This document shows positions 40,878 to 52,372 of a stretch of DNA of 64,000 nucleotides, in pieces (within the stretch, counting starts at the first letter, position 1; each line of letters starts with the position of its first letter). This DNA comes from Octopus vulgaris (Eukaryota), in NCBI GenBank assembly GCA_951406725.2, contig OX597839.1, positions 1,612,001 to 1,676,000 of the forward strand, written 5' to 3'. The notes below the pieces were generated by a model. That model saw only the letters and a list, made by a program, of their open reading frames with translations. It was not told the DNA's origin and did not search any database. The position numbers were made by a program, and so were the translations under genes.

Positions 40878-42019
40878 TAGATGCAGAGAATATTTAACCG
40901 ATATACAATGTCAATATAATGTTGCTGACCAATGTTTATCACTATCTTTTATACTCCTATTACTAAATATCTTACTCCTATTACAACTACGCATGGCTCA
41001 GTGGTTAGAGCGTCGAGCTTACGATCGTGAGGCCGTGAGCTCGAATCCCGGACCGGGCTGCGTGTAGTGTTCTTGAGCAAGACACTTTATTTCACGTTGA
41101 TCCAGCTCACTCAGCTGTAGAAATGAGTAGCGACGTCACAGGTGCCAAGCTGTATCGGCCCCTTTGCCTTTCCCTTGGATAACACTGGTGGCGTGGAGAG
41201 GGGAGGCCGGTATGCAAGGGCGACTGATTGTCTTCCATAAAACAACCTTGACCGGCCTTGTGCCTGGGAGGGTAACTTTCTAGGTGCAACACCATGGCCT
41301 GTGTCGTGACCGAAGGAGCTCTCAGATTACAACTACTACCAATACGACTACACGCATTACTTTACTGCTACTTCTACTAAGTACCACTCCCCCAGTTGTT
41401 ACCATCCCATTGTAACCTCCTTTTACCTTTTCTACTTAAACATCTCATTTTTCTCCTCCCCCCCCCCCACATACACACACACACACACTTTCCCGATACA
41501 ATAGTCACTTTCCAAGTGCTCTGCTTGTTATTTCCAGCAATGTCTCTCACGTGATCACCGTGACCGACCAGGCTATCAGATGTTACTACACATCGCTGGT
41601 CACAATGCGCTTCGCAGGGTCGTAAATTTTTCCCTATACGTCTGTTCTTTCGATGTAGGCCAAGGCCTAAACAACAACAACAACAACGACACCGACGACG
41701 ATGACGACAGCAATAGCAACAACAACATTTTATTCAGGTCTTCCAATTTATCTCAGCTGATCATGAGACCAGTTTAATGAACCTATCTATAATAACGACT
41801 GGAAACAGCTGTAAGGCAAATGTGCTATAATAAAGGAATTTCTATGTAATAACCGTTATTTAAACTTCTCTTGTGCGGTAAGAAGCTTGCTTCCCAACCA
41901 CACAGTTCCGGGTTCAGTCGCACTGCGCGACACCTTTGGCAACTGTCCATAACTATAGCCTCGGGCCGACCAAAGCCTTGTGAATGGATTTGCTTGACAG
42001 AAACTGAAAGAATCCCGTC

Positions 42020-42053
<34 letters not shown>

Positions 42054-42230
42054 GACATGATTCTTTATATATATTGTATATTATATCATTTTAATTTTAA
42101 ATCTAATTAATTTAAATTAAAAATTTTATATTTTATATATTTTGTATATTATATTAATTATTTTTATCTTTATATTTTGGTTTATGTTTTTCAGTTTGAT
42201 TTGCCTAATAGTAGTTTTATCTCTAATTTA

Positions 42231-42341
<111 letters not shown>

Positions 42342-42713
42342 ATGTATGTATGTATATAAATGTGTGTGTGTGTGTATTTGTGTTTGTCCACCCATTATCA
42401 CCTGACAACAAATGTTGGTGTGTTTGCGTCCCCGTACGTTAGCGGTTCGGCGAAAGAGACCGATGTAATAAGTACCAGGCTTACAAAGAATAATTCCTGG
42501 GGTCAATTTTTTCGACTTAAAGCGGTGCTCCAGCATGGCGGCAGTCAAGTGACTGAAACAGTAAAATATTAACGAATATATATATATATATATCACCGTG
42601 AACACTGTGACCAACCAGGCTATCAGATGTTGCTACACATCGCTGATCACAATGCGAAGCGCATTATTTTAGCCGTCAAATGACGCCACCCAACTGGCTA
42701 AGCGAGCAGGCCA

Positions 42714-42772
<59 letters not shown>

Positions 42773-43495
42773 CGTGATCACCGTGACCGACCAGGGCTAC
42801 CAGATGTTGTTACACATCGCTGGTTACATTGCGCTTCGCATTGTTTTAGCCTTCAAATGACGCCACCCCGCTGGCTAAGCGAGCAAGCCAATATATATAT
42901 ATATATATATATATATCACCGTGATCACCGTGACCGACCAGGCTATCAGATGTTACTACACGTCGCTGGTCACAATGCGCTTCGCAGGGTCGTAAATTTT
43001 TTCCCTATACGTCTGTTCTTTCGATGTAGGCCAAGGCCTAAACAACAACAACAACGACACCGACGACGATGACGACAGCAATAGCAACAACAACATTTTG
43101 TTTTGCAGCAGAATTTTCTCACGCTGGTCTCTTTAAGTGGAATGAAATTTTCACCGACAAAAATGTTTGTATTGAAATAACTGAGAAAACTTGTTTGTCG
43201 AGTGAGTAAAGATTACGTTGACGGGTGGATGACTAGGTGGAAGGTCGGGTGGAAGACGAAAGCAGTGGTGGTGTCTGAGGTGAGGTATAAAATTATGTAT
43301 ATCTACAGTTTTATCCTTTTATTTGTTTCAGTAATTAGACTGCGGTCATGCTTTTTTCTATCGGGCTCTTTTGCTGAACCGCTAGATTGCGGGGACCCAA
43401 ACACAGTAGCACCTGTTGTCAAGCGGTGGTGGGGAACCAACACAGACACAAAGACAAGCACACACATTGGTAAACATATATTTTTCCGATGGCCA

Positions 43496-43556
43496 GATAA
43501 CTGAAGAGATGGCGGCGTGGATTTCCACCTCGGCATCCGAAACTCGGAGTTTTATC
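43496..43556 (+). ncRNA. Duplicate of the 37136 hammerhead-like motif
   Basis: Same sequence in the second unit of the tandem duplication. Confidence 0.65.
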
Positions 43557-43591
43557 ATGGCTACCGAATAATTGTTACATATTACATTTAC

Positions 43592-43633
<42 letters not shown>

Positions 43634-45978
43634 CGGGCTTCCATACAGTTTCTGCCTACCTAACTCGCTTACAAGGCATCGGTTGACCCCGAGTTGTAGT
43701 AGATGACACTTGCCCAAGGTGCCACGCAGTGGAGCCGAACCCAAAACTACAGGATTACAGAGCGAGCTTCCTAACAACACAGGCATAATATATATAAAAT
43801 TGTTTGTTTATATATGGTGTGTGTGTGTGTGTGTGTGTTTGTGTGTGCGAGAGAGAGAGAGAGAGTGCGCGATCATGATCGTAAGGTCGGGAGTTCGATT
43901 CTTGGCAATGCGTTGTTCTTGAGCAAGACATTTTATTTCACATTGCTCCAGCGGGCAAAATAGAGTAGTACCTTTATTTCAGAGGGCCAGCTTTGTCACA
44001 ACCTGTGTCGCGATAAATCTCCCTGAGAACTACGTTAAGGGTACGCGTGTCTGTGGAGTACTCGGCCATTTGCTCATTAATTTCACGAGCAGGCTGTTCC
44101 GTTGACCAGGTCAACTGGAACACTCTTCGTTGTAACTGACGAAGTGCCAGTGTGTGTGTGTAAAACAATCTTCATAATTACGCAATTACGCTAGATCCGG
44201 TGTAATGATATTTCTGATATACAAACAGATAAAAGTATTATATTATGCCTCGTGTCCCAGAATTAACTATCAATTTCAGCGAAATCGGACAATTTTTTTT
44301 TTAAACTGACTTTTATTTATGGTTATCGTCTTTAATATCTTCTATCTTTTACTTGATTGTTATGAGACTGCGGCAATACTGGAGCATCACTGCGGAGAAG
44401 GTTTTAGTTGAATGAATCGACCCATGTTCTTTATAAAGCCTGATACTTATTCTATCGAAATATTTTGCCGAATCGCTTAGATACAGAGACGTAAACACAA
44501 TAACACCGGTTGCCAAGCGGCTGTGGGAAAAAACACAGACACGCAAACACACACACTATATATATGACGGGAATCTTTTGATTTACCCTCTACCAAATCC
44601 ACTGGCAAGGCTTTAGTCGGCCCGGCGCTGTAGTAGAAGGTACTCCCCAAAATTTCACCCAGAGGGACTGAACCGGGGAACATGTGGTTAGGAAGCAATC
44701 TTCTTATTTCTTATTTCTTTATTGCCTACAAGCCGCTAAACATAGAGGGGACAAACAAGGACAGACAAAGGAATTAAGTCGATTACATCGACCCCAGTGC
44801 GTAACTGGTACTTAATTTATCGACCCCGAAAGGATGTCATATGAAATTGTCACCCATAATCATGACCCTGGTATCGATCTATTGCGTTTCAATCTATTTT
44901 AGGGTTAGGGTTAGTTAGGGTTAGGGTTAGGGCTAGGGGTGGCGGGAGGGTTTCTTTTTTTCTTCACAAATATAAATAAACTCAATCTGTTTCTTAAACG
45001 AGGGACATATTCATACGACACAGAATGTTGTTTACCTCAATGGACGTCATTGATTGGTTGAAATTGCAGAAATTGAAGAAAAATAAACAACAAATATCTT
45101 ACAAGCTATAGAATTTTCTCAATAAAGCTAAGAGAAAAAGATGTTTTATAAACACATTCTACCAGTATACGAAGTTTAAAATTTTTTAGTTACCTAGAAA
45201 TTATGTTAACAACTGCCGTTCAAACCGAAAAGATCCTCATAATTAAATAATAAGCATAAAGTTCTCTCAGATGATTTTGAATTTGCCCGATTTCATTGAA
45301 ATAGTTAATTCTGGGACATCCTGTATTTGTAAGTATTTCTATAAACAAAGTGCTGTCAAGAACAGTGCAGAGAGTCTATAAGACCTATAAGTTGACATTC
45401 GCTCACAAATTTATATATATATATATAAATTTCACTAGGGTCAAAGGCAACGAGCTGGCAGAATCATTAGCGTGCTGGACGAAATGCTTATAAGTATTTC
45501 ACCTGCCGCTACGTTCTGAGTTCAAATTCCGCCGAGGTCGACTTTGCCTTTCATCCATTCGGGGTCGCTAAATTAAGTACCAGTTACGCACATCCTCCTG
45601 GATGATTTGCTAAAATGTCTGTGTATGTCATAGGTCTTTGATATCTTGTTATCCTGTCTCCTGTCTGTCGGCTTAATACAATAAGAAGGTATGCAGCTTG
45701 ACATATCGTATTTCTCTCAGGTCTCGATAAACAGAAATATAATCTATACTTTGCAATGATTCATAATGGTAATTTTTCAGTGACATATACATATCAAAGA
45801 AACTGCAGATATAGGTGCAGGAGTGGCTGTGTGGTAAGTAGCTTGCTAACCAGCCACATGGTTCCGGGTTCAGTCCCACTGCATGGCACCTTGGGCAAGT
45901 GTCTTCTGCTATAGCCCTGGGCAGACCAATGCTTTGTGAGTGGATTTGGTAGACGGAAACTGAAAGAAGCCTGTCGTA

Positions 45979-46031
<53 letters not shown>

Positions 46032-46532
46032 CTGTGTTTGTCCCCCCTAGCATTGCTTGACAACCGATGCTGGTGTGCTTACGTCCCCGTCACTTAGCGG
46101 TTCGGCAAATGAGACCGATAGAATGAGTACTGGGCTTACAAAAGAATAAGTCCCGGGGTCGATTTGCTCGACTAAAGGCGGTGTTCCAGCATGGCCGCAG
46201 TCAAATGACTGAAACGAGTAAAAGAGTAAAGAGTATATGTACATTTATCTATAAACAAACTTATACAATATTTTTATAAAACACATGTCATACCGAAATA
46301 AATACTAGAGTCAATATGTAGCGAACAGTGTAAATGCCGAAATGAACTGGTTTCACAATTGTGAGTGAATTCTCTATTTATTGAAATTATTATGTTTGTA
46401 CATTTGTATTTTGAGAAAGTTTAATTCTTGTGCTGTCTTCCAACTCGCTGCCGATGGGTCAAAAAGGAACAAGTGAGTTTTCGCCTTTAGCATCAAACCA
46501 TAGCTTGTTATGTACATATACACAACCTACAT

Positions 46533-46571
<39 letters not shown>

Positions 46572-46589
46572 AAACTTTGGAAGCTTCGA

Positions 46590-46890
46590 ATGTAACTGTA
46601 AAATTCGAACACAGTATAGCCGTTCAAACAGCAGAAAGATTAGGTATTTAGACTTATAAGACGGAAAATATTTTGGCGCTTTCCAAAAGCTATTATCATT
46701 TAGCATCTAAGTTGAAGGTAATTGCTGTTAGCGTGCTGCCATTCTTAAAGGTAGAGTACTCAACCGGTATCTAAGGAGTACAGGTTCGTAGCTGTCTGAT
46801 AAAAACACTTTTTTTTTTACCGTCTTATAATGGTAAATACCCAATCTTTATGCTGTTTTATCGACAACTCTGCTTTCGAAATTTACCTTC
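46590..46890. mobile_element. MITE-like imperfect inverted repeat
   Basis: aacagcagaaagattaggtatttagacttataagacgg vs reverse complement ccgtcttataatggtaaatacccaatctttatgctgtt. Confidence 0.5.
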
Positions 46891-47051
46891 TTAGTTATAT
46901 ATATATATATATATATATATATGTAGGTCCCGGGTTGAGTCGGGGTTAACCACAGTAAATAAGGTACTCATTACATAGCAGAGTAAATTAATTTATTTTA
47001 TAGGAGCTTCTACAGGACTAGAACTGTTTCATTCAAAAGAAATCATCAGGA

Positions 47052-47102
47052 AGCTTCCTGATGATTTCTTTTGAATGAAACAGTTCTAGTCCTGTAGAAG
47101 CT
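47052..47102 (+). ncRNA. Type I hammerhead-like motif inside a perfect palindrome (mirror copy on the minus strand)
   Basis: AGCTTC-CTGATGA-TTTCTTTTGAAT-GAAA-CAG-loop-CTG-TA-GAAGCT. Stem II is weak, with U-U at the closing position. Confidence 0.65.
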
Positions 47103-47729
47103 CCTTCTATAAAATAAATATACATATATATATATATATATAATAAGAGTAGATCGTATACGAGTGGGTATATATTTGTAAAAAAGAAGTTTGAAAACGC
47201 CACTATATTAGATAAATTTTAATTTTACATGTTTCGATTCTTGAAAAAACGAACCTTATCAAAAAAGATTTTATTATAAAAAGTATAATGGAACAGTTCA
47301 TAATTGTTACATACATTCAATAGAATCAATGTTCTTGAAAAGACGAACCTTATCAAATATATTATAAACAGAATAATAGAAAAAATCCATATATATATAA
47401 ACTGAAAAGCTCTGATTTCCAGTTCAGTTCTCGGATTTATTCGTTTCCAATCATCATCTGGTAAAGTGAGCGTAGTTTCCATTTGAATATTCACAGTCTG
47501 GATAAGCAACAAATATAGATTTCTGTCAAACACTTCATACTTGCGAAGTGGTGGAAAAGATTCTGCAAAGGTGGTAAAGATATTTTTATTCCACGAATAA
47601 AAGGGTGGCTAAATTTGAGCAGCAGTTATTATGATGGAGGCATGTATCCGTTGGTTTTCAGACGATGGTATGATATACAAGCTGCAGTGCTACAGAAAAT
47701 CTATCCAGTTTATATACGTGTATGATTGT

Positions 47730-49038
47730 CTCAAAGCAATGTGGAGATGAAGAATGTGCAACCGTCATCTGATTAAAAGTGAGACAGGGTCACAGGTCAT
47801 AGGCGAAATGAGTTGTATAGTATAGAGAAATGTGTTGGTTCGTCACAATGAGGCAGTAGCTGTTGAACCCGGTAAGTAGATGAATAGTGATGATTTAGTA
47901 GGAATTAAATTTGAAGGGAATGAGATCAAGTATATCGGAAAGGCTTGTGTTTAACCTCTTGAAATATTATCCCGTATATTTTCGTTCAGAGATATCTAAT
48001 AAATAAATACTTGAACGAAGATATACGTTCACTGTACTCTGAGCTCTCTGTCATACATTCTAACCCCAAATACTTAGTTCTTGATGTTATTCCCGTTTTC
48101 TATCCTTAACTATCATTTCTATCAGTAATTTCATAATAAATAATAACTGATCCAAAGTAATTTGTGTACTTATTCATCTTTATATAAAAAATAATGTGGA
48201 GGCGCAATAGCCCAGTGGTTAGGGCAGCGGGCTCGCGGTCGTAGGATCGCGGTTTCGATTCCCAGACCGGGCGTTGTGAGTGTTTATTGAGCGAAAACAC
48301 TTAAAGCTCCTCAAGGCTCCGGCAGGGGGTGGTAGCAAACCCTGCTGTACTCTTTCGCCACAACTTTCTCTCACTCTTTCTTCTGTTGGCCTGCTCGCTT
48401 AGCCAGCGGGGTGGCATCATTTGAAGGCTAAAAACAATGCGAAGCGCATTGTGACCAGCGATTTGTAGCAACATCTGATAGCCTGGTCGGTCACGGTCAC
48501 GGATAAAAATAATAAATGCGCCCTTTTAAACCCTAGCTAGGCTCATGGGCCCGGTTTCCTCGTTTCTATGGCGTATGAGTTCCCTAGCTGGACAGGACGC
48601 CAGTCCATCGCAGAGTTACTCATTTTTACCAGCTGAGTGGACTGGAGCAAAGTGAAATGAAGTGTTTTGCTCAAGAACACAATGCGTCGCCCGGTCCAGG
48701 AATCGAAACTAGAATCTTATGATCATGATACTGACACCCTAACCACTAATATACATATATATATCCTCGGTACAATATCACACTTTAGAGAGAGAGAGAG
48801 TCAGAAAATGAGGTTTAGAGAGAGTATGATTATCTCAAAGCATTGTGGAGATGAAGAATGTGCAACCGTCATCTGATTAAAAGTGTGACAAGGTCACAGG
48901 TCGTAGGCGAAATGAGTTGTATAGTATAGAGATGTGTGTTGGTTCGTCACAACGAGGCAGTAGCTGTTGGACCAGGTAAGTAGATGAATAGTGATGATTT
49001 AGAAGGAATTACATTTGAAGGGAATGAGATCAAGTATA
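47730..49038. repeat. ~210-bp direct repeat (47730-47935 and 48833-49038) separated by SINE insertions
   Basis: ctcaaagca.tgtggagatgaagaatgtgc...gagatcaagtata occurs twice. Confidence 0.85.
48197..48505 (+). mobile_element. tRNA-derived SINE family 3 (also at 1308-1500)
   Basis: tRNA-like head gcgcaatagcccagtggttagggcag...ggtttcgattccc; its 3' part is arrayed in reverse at 36075-36630. Confidence 0.75.
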
Positions 49039-50191
49039 GAAGAGAGTGAAAGAAATATTTTATATCCTCGACACAGGTAGAGATGTGATCGTACTATTTT
49101 CAAGGTTTAGATGTGTTCAGATGTTTTAACTGGTTCAATGATAGCAAAAAGATTAATCTGAAATAGAAAAAAAGTAAACTAAACATAGAGGGACAAGAAA
49201 GGAGAGAATAAGAATGGGTTTTATGCAAGAGAGAGAAGGAATGAAACTTATAGAAATATAGCGTATGAGAGTAAATTCGTTGGAGTAAGGTTGTGAAAAC
49301 GTTTACAAAATTTGTTTGATTAAGATATTTAGAGCAAATATGTTTGAGTAGGTATGTTGGAGCAAAAGCTTGTTGAAATAAAACTGTCAGCCATAGGTAG
49401 AGGCATGGCTATATGGTTAAAGAAGATCACTTTGCCCAAGTGTCTTTCACTATAGCCACATTTCATTGATGGAAACTATGAGGAAGACTGTCATGTGGTA
49501 TGTGGTAAGTAGCTTGTTTACCAACCACATGGTTCCGGGTTCAGTCCCACTGCGTGGCACCTTGGGCAAGTGTCTTCTACTATAGCCTCGGGCCGACCAA
49601 AGCCTTGTGAGTGGATTTGGTAGACGGAAACTGAAAGAAGCCCGTCGTATGTATGTATACATATGTGTGTGTTTGTGTGTCTGTGTTTGTCCCCCTAGCA
49701 TTGCTTGACAACCGATGCTGGTGTGTTTATGTCCCCGTTATTTGCGGTTCGGCAAAAGAGACCGATTGAATAAGTACTGGGCTTACAAAAGAATAAGTCC
49801 CGGGGTCGAGTTGCTCGATTAAAGGCGGTGCTCCAGCATGGCCGCAGTCAAATGACTGAAACTAATAAAAGAGTAAAGAGTAAGAGTATATGTACACAGA
49901 GTCCGCCAAAATATATTATACATACTTCAGGAAAGCAAATAATATGTATAAATCTTTAACTTATATAAGTACCCCTATAAAAACAAATGCCTCTTTCATT
50001 GTTTTATCAGACTGCGATAACACTCAAAATATTTATACAGAATTTTCCTTTCCTGAAGTGTGTATACAATTTTTGGCTGCCACTCTGTGTGTGTCTGTGT
50101 GCGTGTGTATATATATATATTCTTTCATTCTTTTCTGCCATGCAGTTACAGTCATGTTGGAGCACGCAGACACACACACACACACACACAC

Positions 50192-50227
<36 letters not shown>

Positions 50228-51011
50228 ATGAGTGCATCTTGATGTTTGCTCTTCACCGCTTGACAAATAGAGATGGTTTATTTACACCCCGGTAACTTAG
50301 CAGTTCGACCAAAGATACCGATAGTATAAGTACCAGGCTTAGAAACAACATAAGTACTGGGATCGATTTCTTCGACTAAAAACCTTCAAAACGGTGTTCC
50401 AGCCTGTTTGCAGACCAATGACTGAAGCAAGTAAAATATAAAAGATAGAATTTTAAAAAAATAAACTTGTTGCTAAGAGCTTTTTTTTTTTCTTTTTTTT
50501 TTTCTTAATTTCTGAAAGTAGAAAAGGTAAAAATTAACCTTTTATACTCTAGGCACCAGGCCCGAAATTTTGGGGGAAGCGGCCATTCGATTAGATCTAA
50601 CCCCCTCCCCAAACGCCAACTAGTACTTAATTTATCGACCCCGAAAGGATGAAAGGCAAAGTCGACCTCGGCGGAAGTTAAACTCAGAACGTAAACACAG
50701 ACGAAATGCCGCTAAGCATTTCGCCCGGCATGCTAACGTTTCTTATTTCTTTATTGCTCACAAGGGGCTAAACATAGAGGGAACAAACAAGGACAGACAA
50801 ATGGATTAAGTCAATTACATCGGCCCCAGTGCACAACTGGTACTTAATTTATCGACCCCGAAAGGATGAAAGGCAAAGTCGACCTCGGTTGAATTTGAAC
50901 TCAGAACATAACGGCAGACGAAATTCTGCTAAGCATTTCACCCGGTACGCTAACATTTCTGCCAGCTCGCCGCCTTAGAAAGAATAAAAATTAATAATCA
51001 CCTAAGAGGTC

Positions 51012-51134
51012 TCACTGATTGACCTTTGTTAAAGCGTCAGGATTAAAGGTCAAATACGCTCTAATCTCTCTGTATTCCACAACTACATCACCAGAAGGGT
51101 AGATTCCATGGACAGAACCGACTTGCCCTATGAG
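51012..51134 (-). CDS. MIB2: MIB-like REP exon B (LIGQVGSVHGIYPSGDVVVEYREIRAYLTFNPDALTK, then VNQ-stop if unspliced)
   Basis: ttttag acceptor, in frame with exon A, matches IG..G.VH....GDV.V.Y.....TFNP..LTK. Weak donor AAG|gtcaat at 51023; TGA at 51014-51012. Confidence 0.78.
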   Translation of the reverse strand, partial: LIGQVGSVHGIYPSGDVVVEYREIRAYLTFNPDALTKVNQ

Positions 51135-51194
51135 CTAAAAATAGATGAAAATAGACAAGAATTAGTTACACACATACACACATATATAGAGATG

Positions 51195-51515
51195 TATACA
51201 AACGTGATTGTGACATGAACGTTAGACGTTTTCCGGACCCAAGACAAACATGAATATGACGTGAAACAAATATGCCTGAACATGAACATCGGAGGTATTC
51301 GAAAAATAAAACAAATGTGACGATGAGGCGATTGTCATGTGTATTAGAACCCAGAATACGTCAGTATGGCACAAATATCAGAGTTATTCGAACCCAAAAA
51401 CAAACGTGACTGTAACGCAAATAGTATTCGAATCTAAAGACAAAACGTGACTGCGATGCGAACGCCAGAAATATTCGAACTCAAATGTGACTGTGACATG
51501 AATATTTGAAACCGA
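51195..51515. repeat. Degenerate ~45-55-bp tandem repeat
   Basis: aaacgtgactgtgacatgaac...tattcgaa motif recurs about 6 times. Confidence 0.6.
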
Positions 51516-52027
51516 CGGCAATATGTGCGCCTATTTCGTTATTGTATATTTCTTTACTACCCAAAAGGGACTAAACACAGAGGGGACAAACAAGGACAGA
51601 CACGGATTAAGTCGATTACATCGACCCAGTGCGTAACTCGTACTTATTTAATCGACCCCGAAAGGATGAAAGGTAAAGTCGACCTCGGCGAAATTTGAAC
51701 TCAGAACGTAGCGGCAGACGAAATACCTTTTTCTTTATTACCCACAAGGGGCTAAACACAGTGGGGACAAACAAGGACAGACACACGGATTAAGTCGATT
51801 ACATCGACCCCAGTGCGTAACTCGTACTTATTTAATCGACCCCGAAAGGATGAAAGGTAAAGTCGACCTCGGCGAAATTTGAACTCAGAACGTAACGCAG
51901 ACGAAATACCGCTAAGCATTTTGCCCGGCGTGCTAACGTTTCTGCCAGCTCGCTGCCTTCTACTTCGTTATTATAGTTGTCATAGATCATAGGGTAAAAT
52001 GCGAACAAGTGAGAGGGCGCTACTTAC

Positions 52028-52167
52028 ATCTTCCATCCGGGGATCCCAACCTCCATGGCCTTTTTGCATCATCTTTAACATATCCACATCTACATTCACC
52101 TTTACTTGCTCATCTTCTTTGAATTTGCGTCTTGATATACTTAAACCCATTGTCTCTATAAATTCAC
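52028..52167 (-). CDS. MIB2: Mind-bomb (MIB1/MIB2)-like SH3 repeat (REP) exon A
   Basis: ttccag/gtaagt boundaries. FKEDEQVKVNVDVDMLKMMQKGHGGWDPRMED matches the MIB repeat pattern F..GD.VK...D.....MQ.GHGGW...M. Confidence 0.8.
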
Positions 52168-52312
52168 CTGGAACAACAATAATACGAATATTTATATACA
52201 TGAGTTTAACGCAGGTATAATTCAAATACTTTTACTTCCGACACATGTTTCGAAGATTTCACTGGTATTATTTTTTTCCGTGTTAATTATTAACAAGGGA
52301 AAAATACACTTA

Positions 52313-52372
<60 letters not shown>

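Noticed and set aside
47225-49400. Possible LINE RT remnant or coding exons
   Set aside because: Too degraded; no diagnostic motif could be read with confidence
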